A stretch of DNA of 64,000 nucleotides from Cetorhinus maximus. Lineage: Eukaryota. Under the pieces are notes generated by a model, which made no database searches, was not told the origin of the DNA, and was given only the letters and a program-made list of their open reading frames with translations. Positions 1 through 13,152 of the stretch are shown in pieces. Within the stretch, counting starts at the first letter, position 1, and each line of letters begins with the position of its first letter. Location of the stretch: assembly GCF_964194155.1 (NCBI RefSeq), contig NC_135885.1, forward strand, positions 111,786,001 through 111,850,000. The letters run 5' to 3'. A program made the position numbers and the translations under genes.

Positions 1-1436
1 GCATCCTGACCTTCTTGAGGTTCCGCTGACTCTTGCTACTCAGGCTATTGCTTCTTCTGGCCCTGGGATAACCTGCGCCAGTCCCTCCTCCTCCTCATCT
101 GGATGAGAGCCAGTATAAAGCAGCATTTCCTGGAGCCTGCTTCATCTCAGCCTCAGTGGATCTGTGAACAAATTGCAATAATCCATCTGGTAAGCATAGT
201 CTTTGTCGATTAGCCTCCATCTCTCAGCCATAAAGCCAGTGCTAAGCCCTTGGCCTAGCTTCCGTCTAGACATGTCAACCCCTTCCAGGTGAAAAACTTT
301 CTGGAGGACCACAGATAAGTGTTCTCATGTTCATGCACGACTGTGCATGGAGACATGGCACATTGACTGGGGTGATGACATTCATGTGCGAGAATCCTCC
401 CTCAGATACTATTCAGCTTGCTTCCATTACTCTTGAGACTCCATAGAGAGACCACTGTCTTGGTATCATAGAAAGACTTACTACATAAACCCTTATCGGC
501 CATGACCATTTATCAGGGAGGATGGAGGTTTGGACTCAGGAGTTTTCTGCTGTTGACACTCGTGCCCCTTGGAGGTATGCACATCCCTCCCTCCTTTCAT
601 CCCTGCCTCTGACAGCAGCAGATGACAAAATCGCACAGATTGAACAGCAGTTCCACACCTTGATGGGTTCTCGCTGGAATGCAACCCATTGGTCATGGAG
701 CAATGTTGGTTTCTTGGATGTTGGAACCTTGAGAGCAGAACTCAGCTGAGCCTGGTTCTCCATGGAGTGGGCTAATTATTAATAGGGTGTCCCTTCACTC
801 AGCCCAAAAAATAAGGCATTAACTCCTCCTACCCATTCTGAGACCCCACCCATATCTTGAGAAGTTTTACAAACTGCACAACAACCTTGACAGCTCCTGC
901 ATGGTGTGAGAGCGCTTTGTCAGAGCATCAAGCACCATCTACCCTCTCCCAGTTACCCACCAAGGTCCCCCCATCCTCCTTTACAATCACCGCCTTCTCA
1001 TTCCTCTCCCTCCTGTAACCATTCAGCCTCCCCGGTTACCTTGGACCCAATTATCATTTTTGTGGACATCTCCCCCCTGTATCATTCACTGTCAACATGC
1101 CCATGCCCCTCCTGACCTTGACCCCTCCCATTCCTTAGGCCAGCTGTACCGTGACTTTCTGCAACCACCCTTATGAGACTATCCACTACCCACCTGTGAG
1201 TCTAGCACTTCCCCCCTTCCACATCCAACTCCCTTCTCTGACTGTGACTGTACCCTCTGAGTCCCAATTCCCACCTTCAAACCCCTAGGACCAAATGCTT
1301 GGACTCATGGACCACACCTTTTAGACACTGCCCAGAGAGGCCTTACACCACCCTACGAGACCAAGATATGCATGACATATTTAACCTTCTAAACAAGTCC
1401 CTGACGGTCTGTCTTCCTTCCCCGCATTACTTCCCA

Positions 1437-1655
1437 CCCTTCCCCGCTGGTCGTCCCTCCTGTGTCCAGCCTCCGCTCTACCCTTCCCTCCTGGTCCTCC
1501 CTCCCCTGTCCGGCCTCTGATTCACCCTTCCCAGCTGGTATCCCTCCGCTCTCCAGTCTACTCTCCACCATTCCCCATTGGTCATCCCTCCCCAGTCCAG
1601 TCTGCTCTCCACCATTCCCTGCTGGTCATCCCTCCCCTGTCCAGCCTTTGTGCAG
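1437..1655. repeat. Minisatellite, 5 x 43-44 bp
   Basis: Units start at 1437, 1481, 1525, 1568 and 1612; consensus about CCMTTCCCCGCTGGTCATCCCTCCCCTGTCCAGCCTNYNCTCCA; no spacers. Confidence 0.9.
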
Positions 1656-1904
1656 CCTGACGTACCAGTGTCCGATCTCAGTCAAGAGGCTGACATATCT
1701 GAATGATCCCAAGGAGGCCAAAGCAGTGACTACTCACTTCAAAGTCCTGGAAGAAGTCAGCCTCGCCAGGTGCATGCCACTTATATACACTCATAAATGT
1801 GAACATTCTAATTTTTGACTGGTGGTGAACTTAATTTTGGAGGAGAAGCTTAATTCCGCCCGCCAAGCTCCCCACTGTTCACGGGACCTGAAGATTCCAG
1901 ACAG

Positions 1905-2250
1905 TGTAGGTGAATTCTCAACATATTTTTAGGAGTTATGATGTGTTTAGATAAAGTGATAACAAAGGTTATTTCTTCTGGTTAGGTTTTCTGTGACAAG
2001 GGGTGATCAATTTAAAATGATCACACACAATGAGGAGAAATGTTAAGAGCAATTTCTTTATGTAGAACGTGGTTGGGTCATGGGATGCTTAACACAGGGA
2101 GTAGTTGAGTTAGAGATCATTGCATCTTTTTAAGGGAACGTTGGATAAATATTTTAAGCAAAGAAGGATTAGTGGCTTCGGATTGCTCTAGCAAAGAGTC
2201 AGCACAGACACAATGGGCCATAATGCCTCTCTCTGTGCTGTAAATTATGG
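1905..2250 (+). mobile_element. Degraded CR1 LINE 3' fragment
   Basis: Matches the CR1 3' ends elsewhere in the window, ending GGGCCATAATGCCTCTCTCTGTGCTGTAAATT. Confidence 0.7.
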
Positions 2251-3549
2251 TTTTATAAATTGTTTCATTCTGTTAATAGTATAATTAAGGATTCTTAACC
2301 ACAAGTCATGTTCTGAAATAGATAAATAAATAATTTATTAGCAACCATGCGAATGTACATGTTTGTGCTTCGGAGTCCCTTCTCTATCACAAATCAAAGT
2401 CCACTGCCCCTTCAACAAATCTCATCTTACAGCATCAACCTGTCAGATCCCAAAGATCACTATTCCTTCAACTTATTGGTCCAATCAAGCCGGAAACAGA
2501 AACCTATCAGGTCCCTGAAACATCTTTGAGTGTTATTTCTGACTGACAATTTTACAAGTTATCTAATCACATTTTACAAAATAAACTCCGTGGCACACTG
2601 CTACCATGACAGTGTGTCACCAAACCCATTTTATATACTTGAACCTGGAACATAAATGTTAGAAATTTACATGAAACATTAATAATTCACAAAATAAAAT
2701 AGTAAACTTACCCACAAACCTTTTTACAATTGTTCAAAGGTGCTTCAAATGCCAGATGCAAAATCAAGAGCTTTGACCCTTGGCAGAAGACAACACCACA
2801 TCCAAAGTGGACAGGTGGATACAGGTTGGGATTTTTTCCTAGCACTTCTTTTTCCTAATTTTTGTATTAAACCTGCACTAGAAGCCACTGTCAATGATAA
2901 AGTGTCAGGTTAGGGGCAGTATCTCTTCACTAAAGTTTTCAACAATTCATCACTGAATTTTCTTTCCCACTGAAACAAAATCGTTTCTTGCTTTCTTCAT
3001 TAGACAGAGTAATGAAGGATAATAAACGTGGTAAGCTAAGTCACGTTAACCTGGATCACCTGTTTGTTGTTATTTTAATGCATTGGGCTATCACCATGTT
3101 AAAATAATAATGATGGAAAATCCAGGCTATTGAATTGAAATTAGATATTTAATGCATGAAAATTATTAGTTTTTGTGTCAACATTCATTAGAGGACTGTT
3201 GATGCAGAAAAAATGTTTAAGTCTGAGCTTGGCCATAGCAATGCAATACAATAATCTTTGTATTCTCTATCAGAGGAGATATACTAGAATTCTGTTGTGG
3301 TAAATGTCTATAAAGAGAAGTTTCAGGTATTCAGTGGCTTGGCAATTGTGAAATGTTCACCAATGTTAACTGCTTGGTTGCAATCAAGTTGGAGAGATAA
3401 CTGGGAAAAGGGACAGAAATGAGTAGTAGTAATGCTTGTTACAGAACAGACAATGGTGGCCAGCTATAATACAAATGAGGGGACCAGTGGATCTCATGAA
3501 GGACGATACATAGGTAGTTCATTAGAGAGTCAAATATTCAACAAGTAGA

Positions 3550-3790
3550 TAAAAGCAAAATACTGCGGATGCTGGAAATCTAGAACAAAAACAAAAATAC
3601 CTGGAAAAACTCAGCAGGTCTGACAGCATCTGCGGAGAGGGATACAGTTGATGTTTCGAGTCCGTATGACCCTTTATCAGAACTAAAAAATATAGAAATG
3701 AGATGAAATATAAACTGGTAGAGGGGGTTGGGACATGAGGAGCTCGATAGGGGGCCAGTGACAGGTGGAGGCCAGGAAGAGACTGCAGCA
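3550..3790 (-). mobile_element. Penelope-like element 3' terminal fragment
   Basis: Same tail (GATGCTG..AGACCTGCTGAGTTTTTCCAG..TTTTGTTTTT) as 28325-28430, 37575-38050, 51336-51487 and 59400-59450; carries a hammerhead motif. Confidence 0.7.
3646..3684 (-). ncRNA. Minimal type I hammerhead ribozyme motif (G8A variant)
   Basis: Minus strand reads AGTT-CUGAUAA-A-GGGUC(AUACG)GACUC-GAAA-CAUC-AACU; stem I AGUU/AACU, stem II 5 bp. Confidence 0.65.
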
Positions 3791-3799
3791 AGTAGAACT

Positions 3800-4382
3800 T
3801 GACTCAGAATCACACAGTGCAGAAGAGGCCCTTCGGCCCACCGAGTCTGCACCGACACGTGAGAAACACCTGACCACCTCCCTAATCCCATTTACCAGCA
3901 CTTGGCCCATAGCCTTGAATGTTATGGCATGCCAAGTGCTCATCCAGGTACTTTTTAAAAGGATGTGAGGCAGTCCACCTCCACCACCCTCCCAGGCAGC
4001 GCATTCCAGACCGTCACCACCCTCTGGGTAAAAATGTTTTTCCTCACATCCCCTCTAAACCTCCTGTCCCTCACCTTGAACTTATGTTCCCTCATGACTG
4101 ACCCTTCAACTAAGGGAAGCAGCTGCTCCCTATCCACCTTGTCCATGCCCCTCATAATCTTGTACACCTCGATCAGGTCGTCCCTCAGTCTTCTCTGCTC
4201 CAATGAAAACAACCCAAGTCTATCCAACCTCTCTTCATAGCTTAAATGTTTCATCCCAGGCAACATCCTGGTGAATCTCCTCTGCACCCCCTCCAGTGCA
4301 ATCACATCCTTCCTATAATGTGGCGACCAGAACTGCACACAGTACTCCAGCTGTGGCCTCACCAAGGTTCTATACAACATGA
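3800..4382 (-). mobile_element. CR1 LINE, ORF2 C-terminus and 3' UTR (5'-truncated, well preserved)
   Basis: ORF 3955-4431 contains LYRTLVRPQLEYCVQFWSPHYRKDVIALEGVQRRFTRMLPG, the typical CR1 ORF2 C-terminus. Confidence 0.92.
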
Positions 4383-5249
4383 CTCCATTTCGTTCTAAGT
4401 TCAAATTAGTTCTGCGCCAAAAGATACTCACATGGCTACCATGAATGTATTAGGCATCAGGAAAAAGATTCCATTAAACTTCCACAAATGTGAGTAACTA
4501 TCACAGGAACACTCATCATATGATAGAGGTGGAATCTCTAACAGGTTGTTTGGAGAAGCCAGTCAAGAGTTATAAATATCATGGAGAGAGAGTGATAGGT
4601 AGAAAAATCAGTAAGCTTTCCTTGAAATGAGGATGGTGGAACACTAATCCCCTGCACATGATGGTGGAAGAGAGACAGGACAGGATGAAACACCTATTTC
4701 ATTCGATCTCCATCTCAGAGTTGAATATTCAGACCTCATCCACTTCTGATCAATGGCTGGCTCAGGCCTTACTTGCAAGAAACTGAGTAACATCGGAGCA
4801 TTCTCTTTAATGCCACTCCATATGAAATAAGGTTAACTCTCCAATGAAGCTTGCAATTAGAGCTAGATAGCATGAAGAAAATATATGGGCCCAGATCTCC
4901 TGGTCAGTGTCAATACTGCACACATTGCCGCTGCCCATGAAGATTTCTGTTCCCAACCACAACGCATTATTTCAGTCAGGACTTCTGATCCTGGCTGCAA
5001 TAGCGATAGGTCAGCCCAAACATCACTGCGGATGTCTGACAGGTGGAGGAGAAAACAGAGAGAAAGGACATATCCCCTTTTTGTGGCATTAGCTGCTGTG
5101 TTCAGGTAAGTTTTTAAATGTCTCAAATCTTTCAGTGGGTTCGTAAGTGGATGAGTGGATGTAAGGGAGTGAGTGGGTGAGTGGATGAGTGGATGATTGG
5201 GTGAGTGAGTGAGTGGGTGGGTGAGTGGGTTATGAGTGAGTCATAGTCA

Positions 5250-7230
5250 AGGTATATTCCCTCAAAAGGGAATACAAATTCAGAGCTCCCTGGCTTATGA
5301 CAAGTAAAGTGTCAGGTAGAAAATATAACTGAGAACCAAGCAGAATACAGAAAGTCCAGAGGGGAGGTGAAAAGCAAATAAGAGAAGCAAAGAGGAATCA
5401 TGAGAAAAGACTGGCAGCTAACATAAAGAGGAATCTCAAAGTCTTCTATTGGCACATAAATAGTAAGAGGGTGATAAAAGGAAAAGTAGGGCCGATTAGA
5501 TACCAAAAAGGGGACTTATACATGGAGGCAGGGGGCATGGCTGAGGTGTTAAATGAATACATTGCATCTGCCTTTATCAAGGAAGCAGATGCTACTGAGG
5601 CCACGGTGACAAAGGAGGAAACTCTGTCACTAGAAGGGTTCAAAATTGATAAGGACAAAGTGTTGGATAAACTGTCAATAATTAAGGTTGACAAGGCACC
5701 GGGACTGGGTGAGATGCATCCAAGGATATTGAAGGAAGTAATAATGGGAATTGCAGGGGCATTGGCAATGATCTTTCAGTCTTCCCTAGACTCAGAGGAG
5801 ATGCCAGAGGACTGGAGAATTGCAAACATTATGCCCTTGTTCAAAAAAGGTTGTAAGGGTAAGCCCAGCAATTACAGGCCAATCAGTTTTACTTCAGTGG
5901 TGAGGAAGCTTCTAAAGAAAATTACTTGGGATAGAATTAATAGCCACATGGAAAAATGTGTGTTGATTAGGAAGAGCCAGCATGGATTTCTAAGGGGGAA
6001 ATCATATTTAACTAATTTGCTAGAGTTTTTTGAAGAGGTAACAATGAGGGCCGATGAGGGTAATGTTGTTGATGTGGTGTACATGGACTTTAAAAAGGCA
6101 TTCAATACAGTGCCACACAACAGACTTGTGAGAAAAGTTATAGCTCATGGAATAAAAGGGACAGTAGCAACATGGATACAAAATTGGCTAAGTAATAGGA
6201 AACAGGGTAATGGTCAATGGATATTTTTCAGGCTGGGGGAAGGTTTGTAGTGGAGTTCTCCAGGGGTTGGTATTGGAACCCCTGCTTTTCCTGATGTATA
6301 TTAATGATCTAGATCTTGTTGTGTAGGCGACGATTTCAAAGTTTGCGGATGATACAAAACTTGTAAGTATTGTAAGCTGTGAGAAGGACAATACAGAACT
6401 TCAAGAGGACATAGGCAAGTTGGTGGAGTTGGTGGAAGATGAAGTTCAATGCAAAATGTGAGGTGATTCATTTTGGTAAGAAGAACATGGAGAAACAATA
6501 TAAAATAGGGCTGTGCAGGAGCAGAGAGACCTGGGTGTATATATGCATAAGTCATTGAAGGTGCCAGGACAGGTAAAGAGAGCAGTTAATAAAGGAAACA
6601 GTATCCTGGGCTTAATTAATTGGGACATAGAGTACAAGAGCAAGGAGGTTATGTTGACCTTATATAAGACACTAGTTAGACCTCAGCTGGAGCATTGTGT
6701 ACAGTTCTGGGCACCACACTATAGGAAGGATGTGATTGCATTAGAGAGAATGCAGAAGAGATTTACAAGAATGGTTCAACGGATGAGAAACTTGAGTTAT
6801 GAAGATAGATTGGAGAGGTTGGGACTGTTCTCCTTGTAGAGGAGAAGACTAAGAGGAGATTTGATATAGGTCTTCAAAATCATGAGGGGACTGGATAGAG
6901 TAGATGGGGAGAAACTGTTCCCGCTCATCAAGGGATCAAGAATGAGAGGGCACAAATTTAAAGTAATTTGCAAAAGAAGCAAATGTGATGAGAGAAAAAA
7001 CGTTTTCACACAGCGAGTGGTTTGAGTCTGGAATGAACTGCCCAGAAGTGTGATGGAGGTAAGTTCAATTGAGGCATTTAAAAAGGCATTAGATGATTGT
7101 TTAAATAGAAACACACAAGGATACGGGAAAAAGCAGGAGAATGGCACCAAGTCATAATGCTCATTTGGAGAGCTGGTGCAGACATGGTGGGCCGAATGGA
7201 TCACAACAATTCTGTAATTCTATGATTCTG
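5250..7230 (+). mobile_element. CR1 LINE, 3' 2 kb (RT pseudogene and tail)
   Basis: ORF 5471-6250 (NYRPISFTS, SQHGF, VYMDFKKAF), SKFADD motif near 6340, ORF 6513-6839 (LVRPQLEHCVQFWAP), TTCTATGATTCT tail. Confidence 0.95.
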
Positions 7231-7790
7231 AGTGGGTGGGTGAGTGGATGAGTGAGTGAGTGGATGAGTGAGTGAGTGGATTGTGAGCGGGCGGGTGAGT
7301 GAGTGAGTGAGTGAGCGGGTGAGTGAGTGAGTGAGTGAGCGAGCGAGCGAGCGGGCGGGCGGGCGGGCGAGCGGGCGAGCGAGCGGGCGGGCGGGCGAGC
7401 GGGCGGGCGGGCGAGCGAGCGGGCGGGCGGGCGAGCGAGCGGGCGGGCGGGCGAGCGAGCGGGCGGGCGGGCGAGCGAGCGAGCGAGCGGGCGGGCGAGC
7501 GAGCGGGCGGGCGGGCGAGCGAGCGGGCGGGCGAGCGAGCGGGCGGGCGGGCGAGCGAGCGGGCGGGCGGGCGAGCGAGCGAACGGGCGGGCGAGCGAAC
7601 GGGCGGGCGAGCGAACGGGCGGGCGAGCGAACGGGCGGGCGAGCGAACGGGCGGGCGAGCGAACGGGCGGGCGGGCGAGCGAACGGGCGGGCGAGCGAAC
7701 GGGCGGGCGAGCGAACGAGTGAATGAGTGAATGAGTGGATGAGTGTGTGAGTGAGTGAGTGAGTGTGTGTGCGTGAGTGAGTGGTGAGTG
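7230..7790. repeat. Compound tetranucleotide microsatellite GAGT/GAGC/GGGC/GAAC
   Basis: Seen directly; continues the (GAGT/GGGT)n tract at 5145-5245 and resumes at about 8285. Confidence 0.97.
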
Positions 7791-7824
7791 AGGGGGGGTG
7801 GGGGGAAAGAGTGCCTGGGTGAGT

Positions 7825-8283
7825 GGTTGAAGAAAGGTTGGACAGGTTGTCCATATATCCACTGGAGTTTAGAAGAATGAGAGGTGATCTGATTGAAACA
7901 TATAAGATCTTGAGGAGACTTGATAGGGTGGATACCTGGAGGACATTTGCTCTTGTGGGTGAGGCTAAAACTAGGGGAAATATTTTAAGAATAAGAGGTC
8001 TGCCTTTTAAGACAGAGATCAGAAGAGTTCTTTTCTCTCAGAGGGTCTTTCGTCTGTGGAATTCTCTTCCCCAGAGAATAGTGGAGGCTGGGTCTTCAAA
8101 TTTATTCCAAGCTGAATGAGATCGATTTTTGATAAACAGTGGGGTTAAGGGTAATGGGCGTAGACTGGAAAGTGGAGCTGAGACCACAACCAGATCAGCC
8201 ATAATCATATTGAATGGCGGAGCAGGCTCAAAGGGCCAAATAGTCTACTCCTGCTCCTAAGCCCCATGTTCCATGTTCCTATG
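7825..8283 (+). mobile_element. CR1 LINE 3' fragment
   Basis: ORF 7823-8119 EERLDRLSIYPLEFRRMRGDLIETYKIL; (CCATGTT)n-like tail. Confidence 0.9.
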
Positions 8284-9064
8284 TGAGTGGTTGAGTGAGT
8301 GACTGAGTGACAGAGTGGGCAGTCAGGTTGGATTGAGGGTGGTGGTGGTGGAGAGGGAGCCAGGTCAGATTGGGTCATGGGGGTAGTCGGGTTGGGTCGG
8401 GGGATGTTGGTGGGAGAGAGAATTGTGTTGTGTCGGGGGCGGGATAGTCGAGTTGGGTTGGGTCAGGGTGTGGTTGGGTCTGTGGGGGGGTTGGGAGGTG
8501 TGAGGGGGAGGTGGTGATGGGAGGGAGGGTCAGTTGTGGTGATCAGTTCAGTTACACTGGCTAATTTCTGAGTTAGATCAGGTATTAACCAGCATAACAT
8601 TTCTTGGCTAAGTCCCATGTATCTAGCCCAAGTCTCTGACACTGAGCTCAGTGTTGGAGACATTCTCAGAGGGTCCTGGGCAGCGCATCTGTTTTCCCGG
8701 GCAATTTCAGTGCATGTGTGAGTGACAATATTTCTGCGGGATCCTGAAAGGAATCTCCCAATTTAAGTTCCAATTTTGTTGACATAAATATCAGAAGATT
8801 TTGGCCATAATAAGGAGGATTTTGCTTAAACTAGCTGATGCAGGGCACCAGAAAGGCACAACCTCAGAACTCTTCCTCTCAGCCTGTTTTTGATGTCATA
8901 TAGCTCTGGTCACATGTCTGATGTATTCTACAGCAACCAGGATGTTCTTCCTGAGACTATTTAGGGATTTCCAAACTCTAATATTCTAACATCTGGATAT
9001 ATTGCTGATCGCTCAACCTTGCACTTGAATAATCTGAAAATAAACAGAGGAATGAGCCACCTTC

Positions 9065-9232
9065 TATAAGACCCTAAGGCATAAGATGTAGGAGCAGAAG
9101 TAGGCCATTCAGTCCATCCAGTCTACTCTGCCATTCAATGAGATCATGGCTGATCTGATAATCCTCAACTTTCCTGCCTTTTCCCCATAATCCTTGATTT
9201 CCTTACTGATTAAAAACCTGTCTATCTCAGCC
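9065..9232 (-). mobile_element. CR1 3' UTR fragment
   Basis: Reverse complement of the CR1 tail seen at 8100-8283 (TAGGAGCAGAAGTAGGCCATTCAG...ATCATGGCTGATCTG). Confidence 0.8.
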
Positions 9233-9483
9233 CATCTGCTCCCAGAAAGACAGGACAAAACTTTCAGAACAGCACAGATTTTATACATTAACAGACAGCA
9301 AAGCCACAAAAGGTATATATTTCACTCATGCAAGGAATGCAGCAAATTTTTGCCTTTGCCTCCTCTGTATTTCTGTTTCAGGTTAGGGCAACAATATATT
9401 TACATACCTTTTGATTCTAAGTCTGTGAAACACCTTTGGGGCACTTTTCTATGCTAAAAGAGCCATATAAATGCAAACTGATT

Positions 9484-12312
9484 TGTTGAGACTTGTCAGC
9501 CCCAATTACATGGATGGCCGAGTTGCTACTTTAGATAGAGCAGGCACTTCTTAGGTGGAACACATTCTGTTTGTTTACAAGGTACTCAGCAGCTACACGT
9601 GTGCTTCTACACCAAACTCTATCTACATACTTCTGCTGCTCACATGTAGACTACTGACTTCCAACTGACCACAGAGTTAGCCTGCGCTACTCCACTATTG
9701 GTTATACAAGATCATGTGACCTTCCTTAAAACATCCTTCTTAAAGGTATACTACACATTAGATAAAACCATTGTTACCACATCCCTCCCCCTTTACTCGG
9801 AAACACATTTTATATTTACAATTACAAATTTCTTGAAATAAATTTACACAGATAAGTAATTCAGAAATTCACTCTTTCTAGGGGTTTCCTTTGGCGTGTA
9901 GAACATCTCAGCTCTACAACTTTAGATGCTTTGTTAGGAACCTCATTTTCTGGAGTTGTTTGAACATCAGGTGCTTCAGCGGGTACCTGCAGATCTGTTT
10001 CCTCAACTTTTGTAGGTACAACAGACACTTCAAACACATTTGCACTAGGTTGAGTTCTCTCAACAGGAAATGTTGACTCAGTCATGAACACTGGTGGAAT
10101 CATTCCTTGATGATTTGTCTCTCTCTTCTTCAAATGATCCACATGTTTCTGTATGACCTGGCCTTCCACCTTCATGTGGTAAGATAGAGGTCCAGTCACT
10201 GCACTTATTTCCCCTGGTAACCACTTTGGCCCTTCTCCAAAGTTCTTCATATATGCCATCTCTCTCAGTAAATTTCCTCTCATGACCATGCCAGTTGTGT
10301 CAAGTTTTCTGACTTCCCTGACTCCTTTCCATCTTCCCTCCTAAGTTTGGTATTATTAAGCTCAGTTTCATCCTGAGACGACGTTTCCATCAATAATTCT
10401 GCAGGTGCGACACCTGTTGTTGTAGGAGGGGTGCTTCTATAATGAAAAAGAAAACATGCTAGTTTGGTTGCTAGGGAATCTCCAATTAACTTTTTCATGC
10501 CAGACTTGAGCGTTTGAACTGCTCGCTCAGCCAGTCCATTTGAAGAAGGGTGGTACAGCAACATTTTCACATGAGTGATACCATTGATGCTGATAAACCA
10601 TTGAAACTCAGCACTTGTAAATGCTGTGCCATAATCAAATACGATCGCTTCTGGTTGTCCATTAATTACAAAATTTTGATGTAGCTTTTCTATTGTAGCA
10701 GGAGATGTTGGTGACTTCACTCATATATGTCCATCCATTTTGAATGGGCAACAACAATGAGCAGAAACATTGTTCCCATGAAAGGTCCCACATAGTCAAT
10801 GTGTAATCGTACCCATGGCCTTCCTGGCTACTCCCAAGGTTGTAATGGAGCTGTTGAAGGTAACTTTTGAAATTGCTGACACTGCACACAATTCTTCACT
10901 CAGCTCTCTATTTCTCCACTCATCACAGGCAACCATAGATAGCTGCATGCTATGAACTTCATTCGGGATATTCCTGAATGTGCACAATGTAGTTCAATTA
11001 ACAATGACTTTCTTCCCTTTTGAGGAACTATCACTCATGCTCCCCACAATAAGATGCCACCCTGGCTGGTTATTTAATTTCTTCTGTTAAAGTATAGTTC
11101 CATTTCATCAGATACAGGTTCTTGTGACCAACCATGAAGCACTTGTTCTCATACTTGAGATAGGACTGGGTTCCTATTTTCCAGTCTCTGATCTGTCTAG
11201 CACATACCAGTTATGAGTCTAAGAAATTTAACAATAACACAAGATCTTGTGGAACTGGGACATCTTCAGCATTTCCTTGTAAAGGCAAACAACTAAGTGC
11301 AGCGGCATTTGCAATTTGATTTTCAGGCCTATGTACAAAAGTGTACTTGTTTGCTGCCAGGATCAGGGACCAATGTTGTATTCATGATGAGGCTATGGGT
11401 GGTATAGCCTTGTCCTCGCTGAACAATCCTAGCAATGGCTTGTGGTCAGAAATGATAGTAAAATGACGGATGTGTACATACTGGTGAAATTTCTTGACAC
11501 CAAAGATGATTGACAGGCCTTTTTTTTCTGTCTTTGAGTATCCCTTTTTGCTGTGGTGAGAGCGTTCTTGACACATATCCTATAGGCTGTTCCATGCCAT
11601 CACCCATCAGATGGGAGCACTGCTCCCACTCCATAGGGAGATGCGTCACATGTCAACACCAATTCTTTCCTCTGGTCAAAATGTACTAATAGGTTTGATG
11701 AGTGTAACAATTGTTTCACCTTAACGAAAACTTTTTTCTTGGGTGCCTCCCAAGACCAACGTTAGTTCTTCTTGAGTAGAGAATGCAGGGGGGGCAGTTC
11801 TGTAGACAAATTGGGTAAGAACTGCCCATAATAATTGATTATTCCTTGGAATGATTTGATCTCGGAGGTGTTCTTCAGCGCAGGTGCCTCTCCTATGGCT
11901 CTCATTTTTTCCTCAACCGGGTGGCGGCCCTGTGAATCTACCCAGTGACCCAAATGGATTACCTCCCTTGCTTGGAATGTGCACTTTTCTTTTTTTTAAA
12001 CGCACTCCAGCCTGCAAGAAACGTTTTAAGCCTTCTTCTAAGTTAATCAAATGCTCCTTTTCAGTGAGTCCTGTCACCAGAACATCATCTAAATAAACTA
12101 TAACGTGGGGCAGTCCCTGCAGCAAACTTTCCATTGTTCTCTGGAATGTGGCGCAAGCTGAGGAGATGTTGAAAGGCAAACGGGTATATTGATACAACCC
12201 TTTGTGGGTATCGATTGTGACAAATTCAAGCTTTCTCTCTCCCACGTGATCTTCCTTTATAACATCCTTCTTAAAGGTATACTGCACATTAGATAATACC
12301 ATAGTTACCACA
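9484..12312 (-). mobile_element. Gypsy/Ty3 LTR retrotransposon, internally deleted (RT-RNaseH-integrase pseudogene)
   Basis: RT VIVYLDDVLVTG; RNase H IIFGVKKFHQY..SDHKPL; integrase HPSSNGLAERAVQT; 3' LTR 9484-9781; PPT 9782-9794; 5' LTR stub about 12243-12312; 5-bp TSD TGATT at 9479-9483 and 12313-12317. Confidence 0.95.
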
Positions 12313-13152
12313 TGATTATTGTTTGTTGTTGTAATAGAAACAGTTTTGGTAAGACAAAAGAAAAAGATTGGTTTAGCTATGGCTGATTGCATTCTGCATT
12401 ATAATGCACAGTGTTTTCCATGGGTGCTGGGTTGCTTTCACGCTCTACCAAGCCTGCAGGCCAGTACACATGCTTTTCACATTGGCAGGGAGAACAACTC
12501 AGCTGATTTTCCTGAAGCTTTCTTTCATTCTAAGACTCGGAAAGGACTTCTATGGGGAAAACTTAAATGTTGCTGGATTTGGTGAGCTTGTCAGCATTTC
12601 TGAGCAGGACTTAAAAGTGACAGATCTGGGAGTACTTTTAGTATGGGAACCTGCAATGTGGCCTTTTTGATTAGATTACTATCTCAGCTAATGGGGTTTG
12701 ATTTGTGCTTTTCAGACAAATTCGGGAACTGTTTCTGCTGGTGGGAAACACATTGGAAAGTTGTAATGTTGGTCTTTGTTTCAGGTCAGGATTTTCCCAA
12801 CCTCTTTATGTTTGCAGCCAGATGGCCAGTTCAAAGCAAAATGAGCCTCTGAGGAACTGAAATCTGCATCGTTATTCTCTGCTGTGACAGTTCGGGCTTA
12901 AAAATTAACATTGAATTTACTGCAAGCCATTTACTAGAGAATACCTCAGAAGTTGGAAAATAACACATTGCCAGACCAATGTGTAAACACTAAACTACTT
13001 CAAATTGATTTACAGATTAAATAGTATAGAAGCAAAAAAAGGTAGTATTCAATGGCCAACTTTACATAATATATGAATTTATTTGTCTGTTTATAAATGA
13101 GAAACTAAAGTTTTTCTTGCAGGCTTCCCCAACAAATTCTTGAAGTAACATA

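Larger units (their letters stand above)
4888..8806. mobile_element. Harbinger-type non-autonomous element expanded by nested CR1s and a microsatellite
   Basis: TIR GGCCCAGATCTCCTGG versus reverse complement GGCCAAAATCTTCTGA (12/16); flanks ATG/ATA. Confidence 0.6.

Noticed and set aside
1437-1655. 44-bp repeats as a CRISPR array
   Set aside because: Contiguous units with no unique spacers, no cas genes, and a eukaryotic context.
1-1902. Possible very old minus-strand Harbinger/Myb remnant (TIR-like GAAGATTCCAGAC near 1890; GTAAGT near 480)
   Set aside because: Protein similarity is too weak to support by eye.
7161-7862. Long ORFs (ARSLARPP.., ERAGGRAS..)
   Set aside because: Stop-free translations of a microsatellite.
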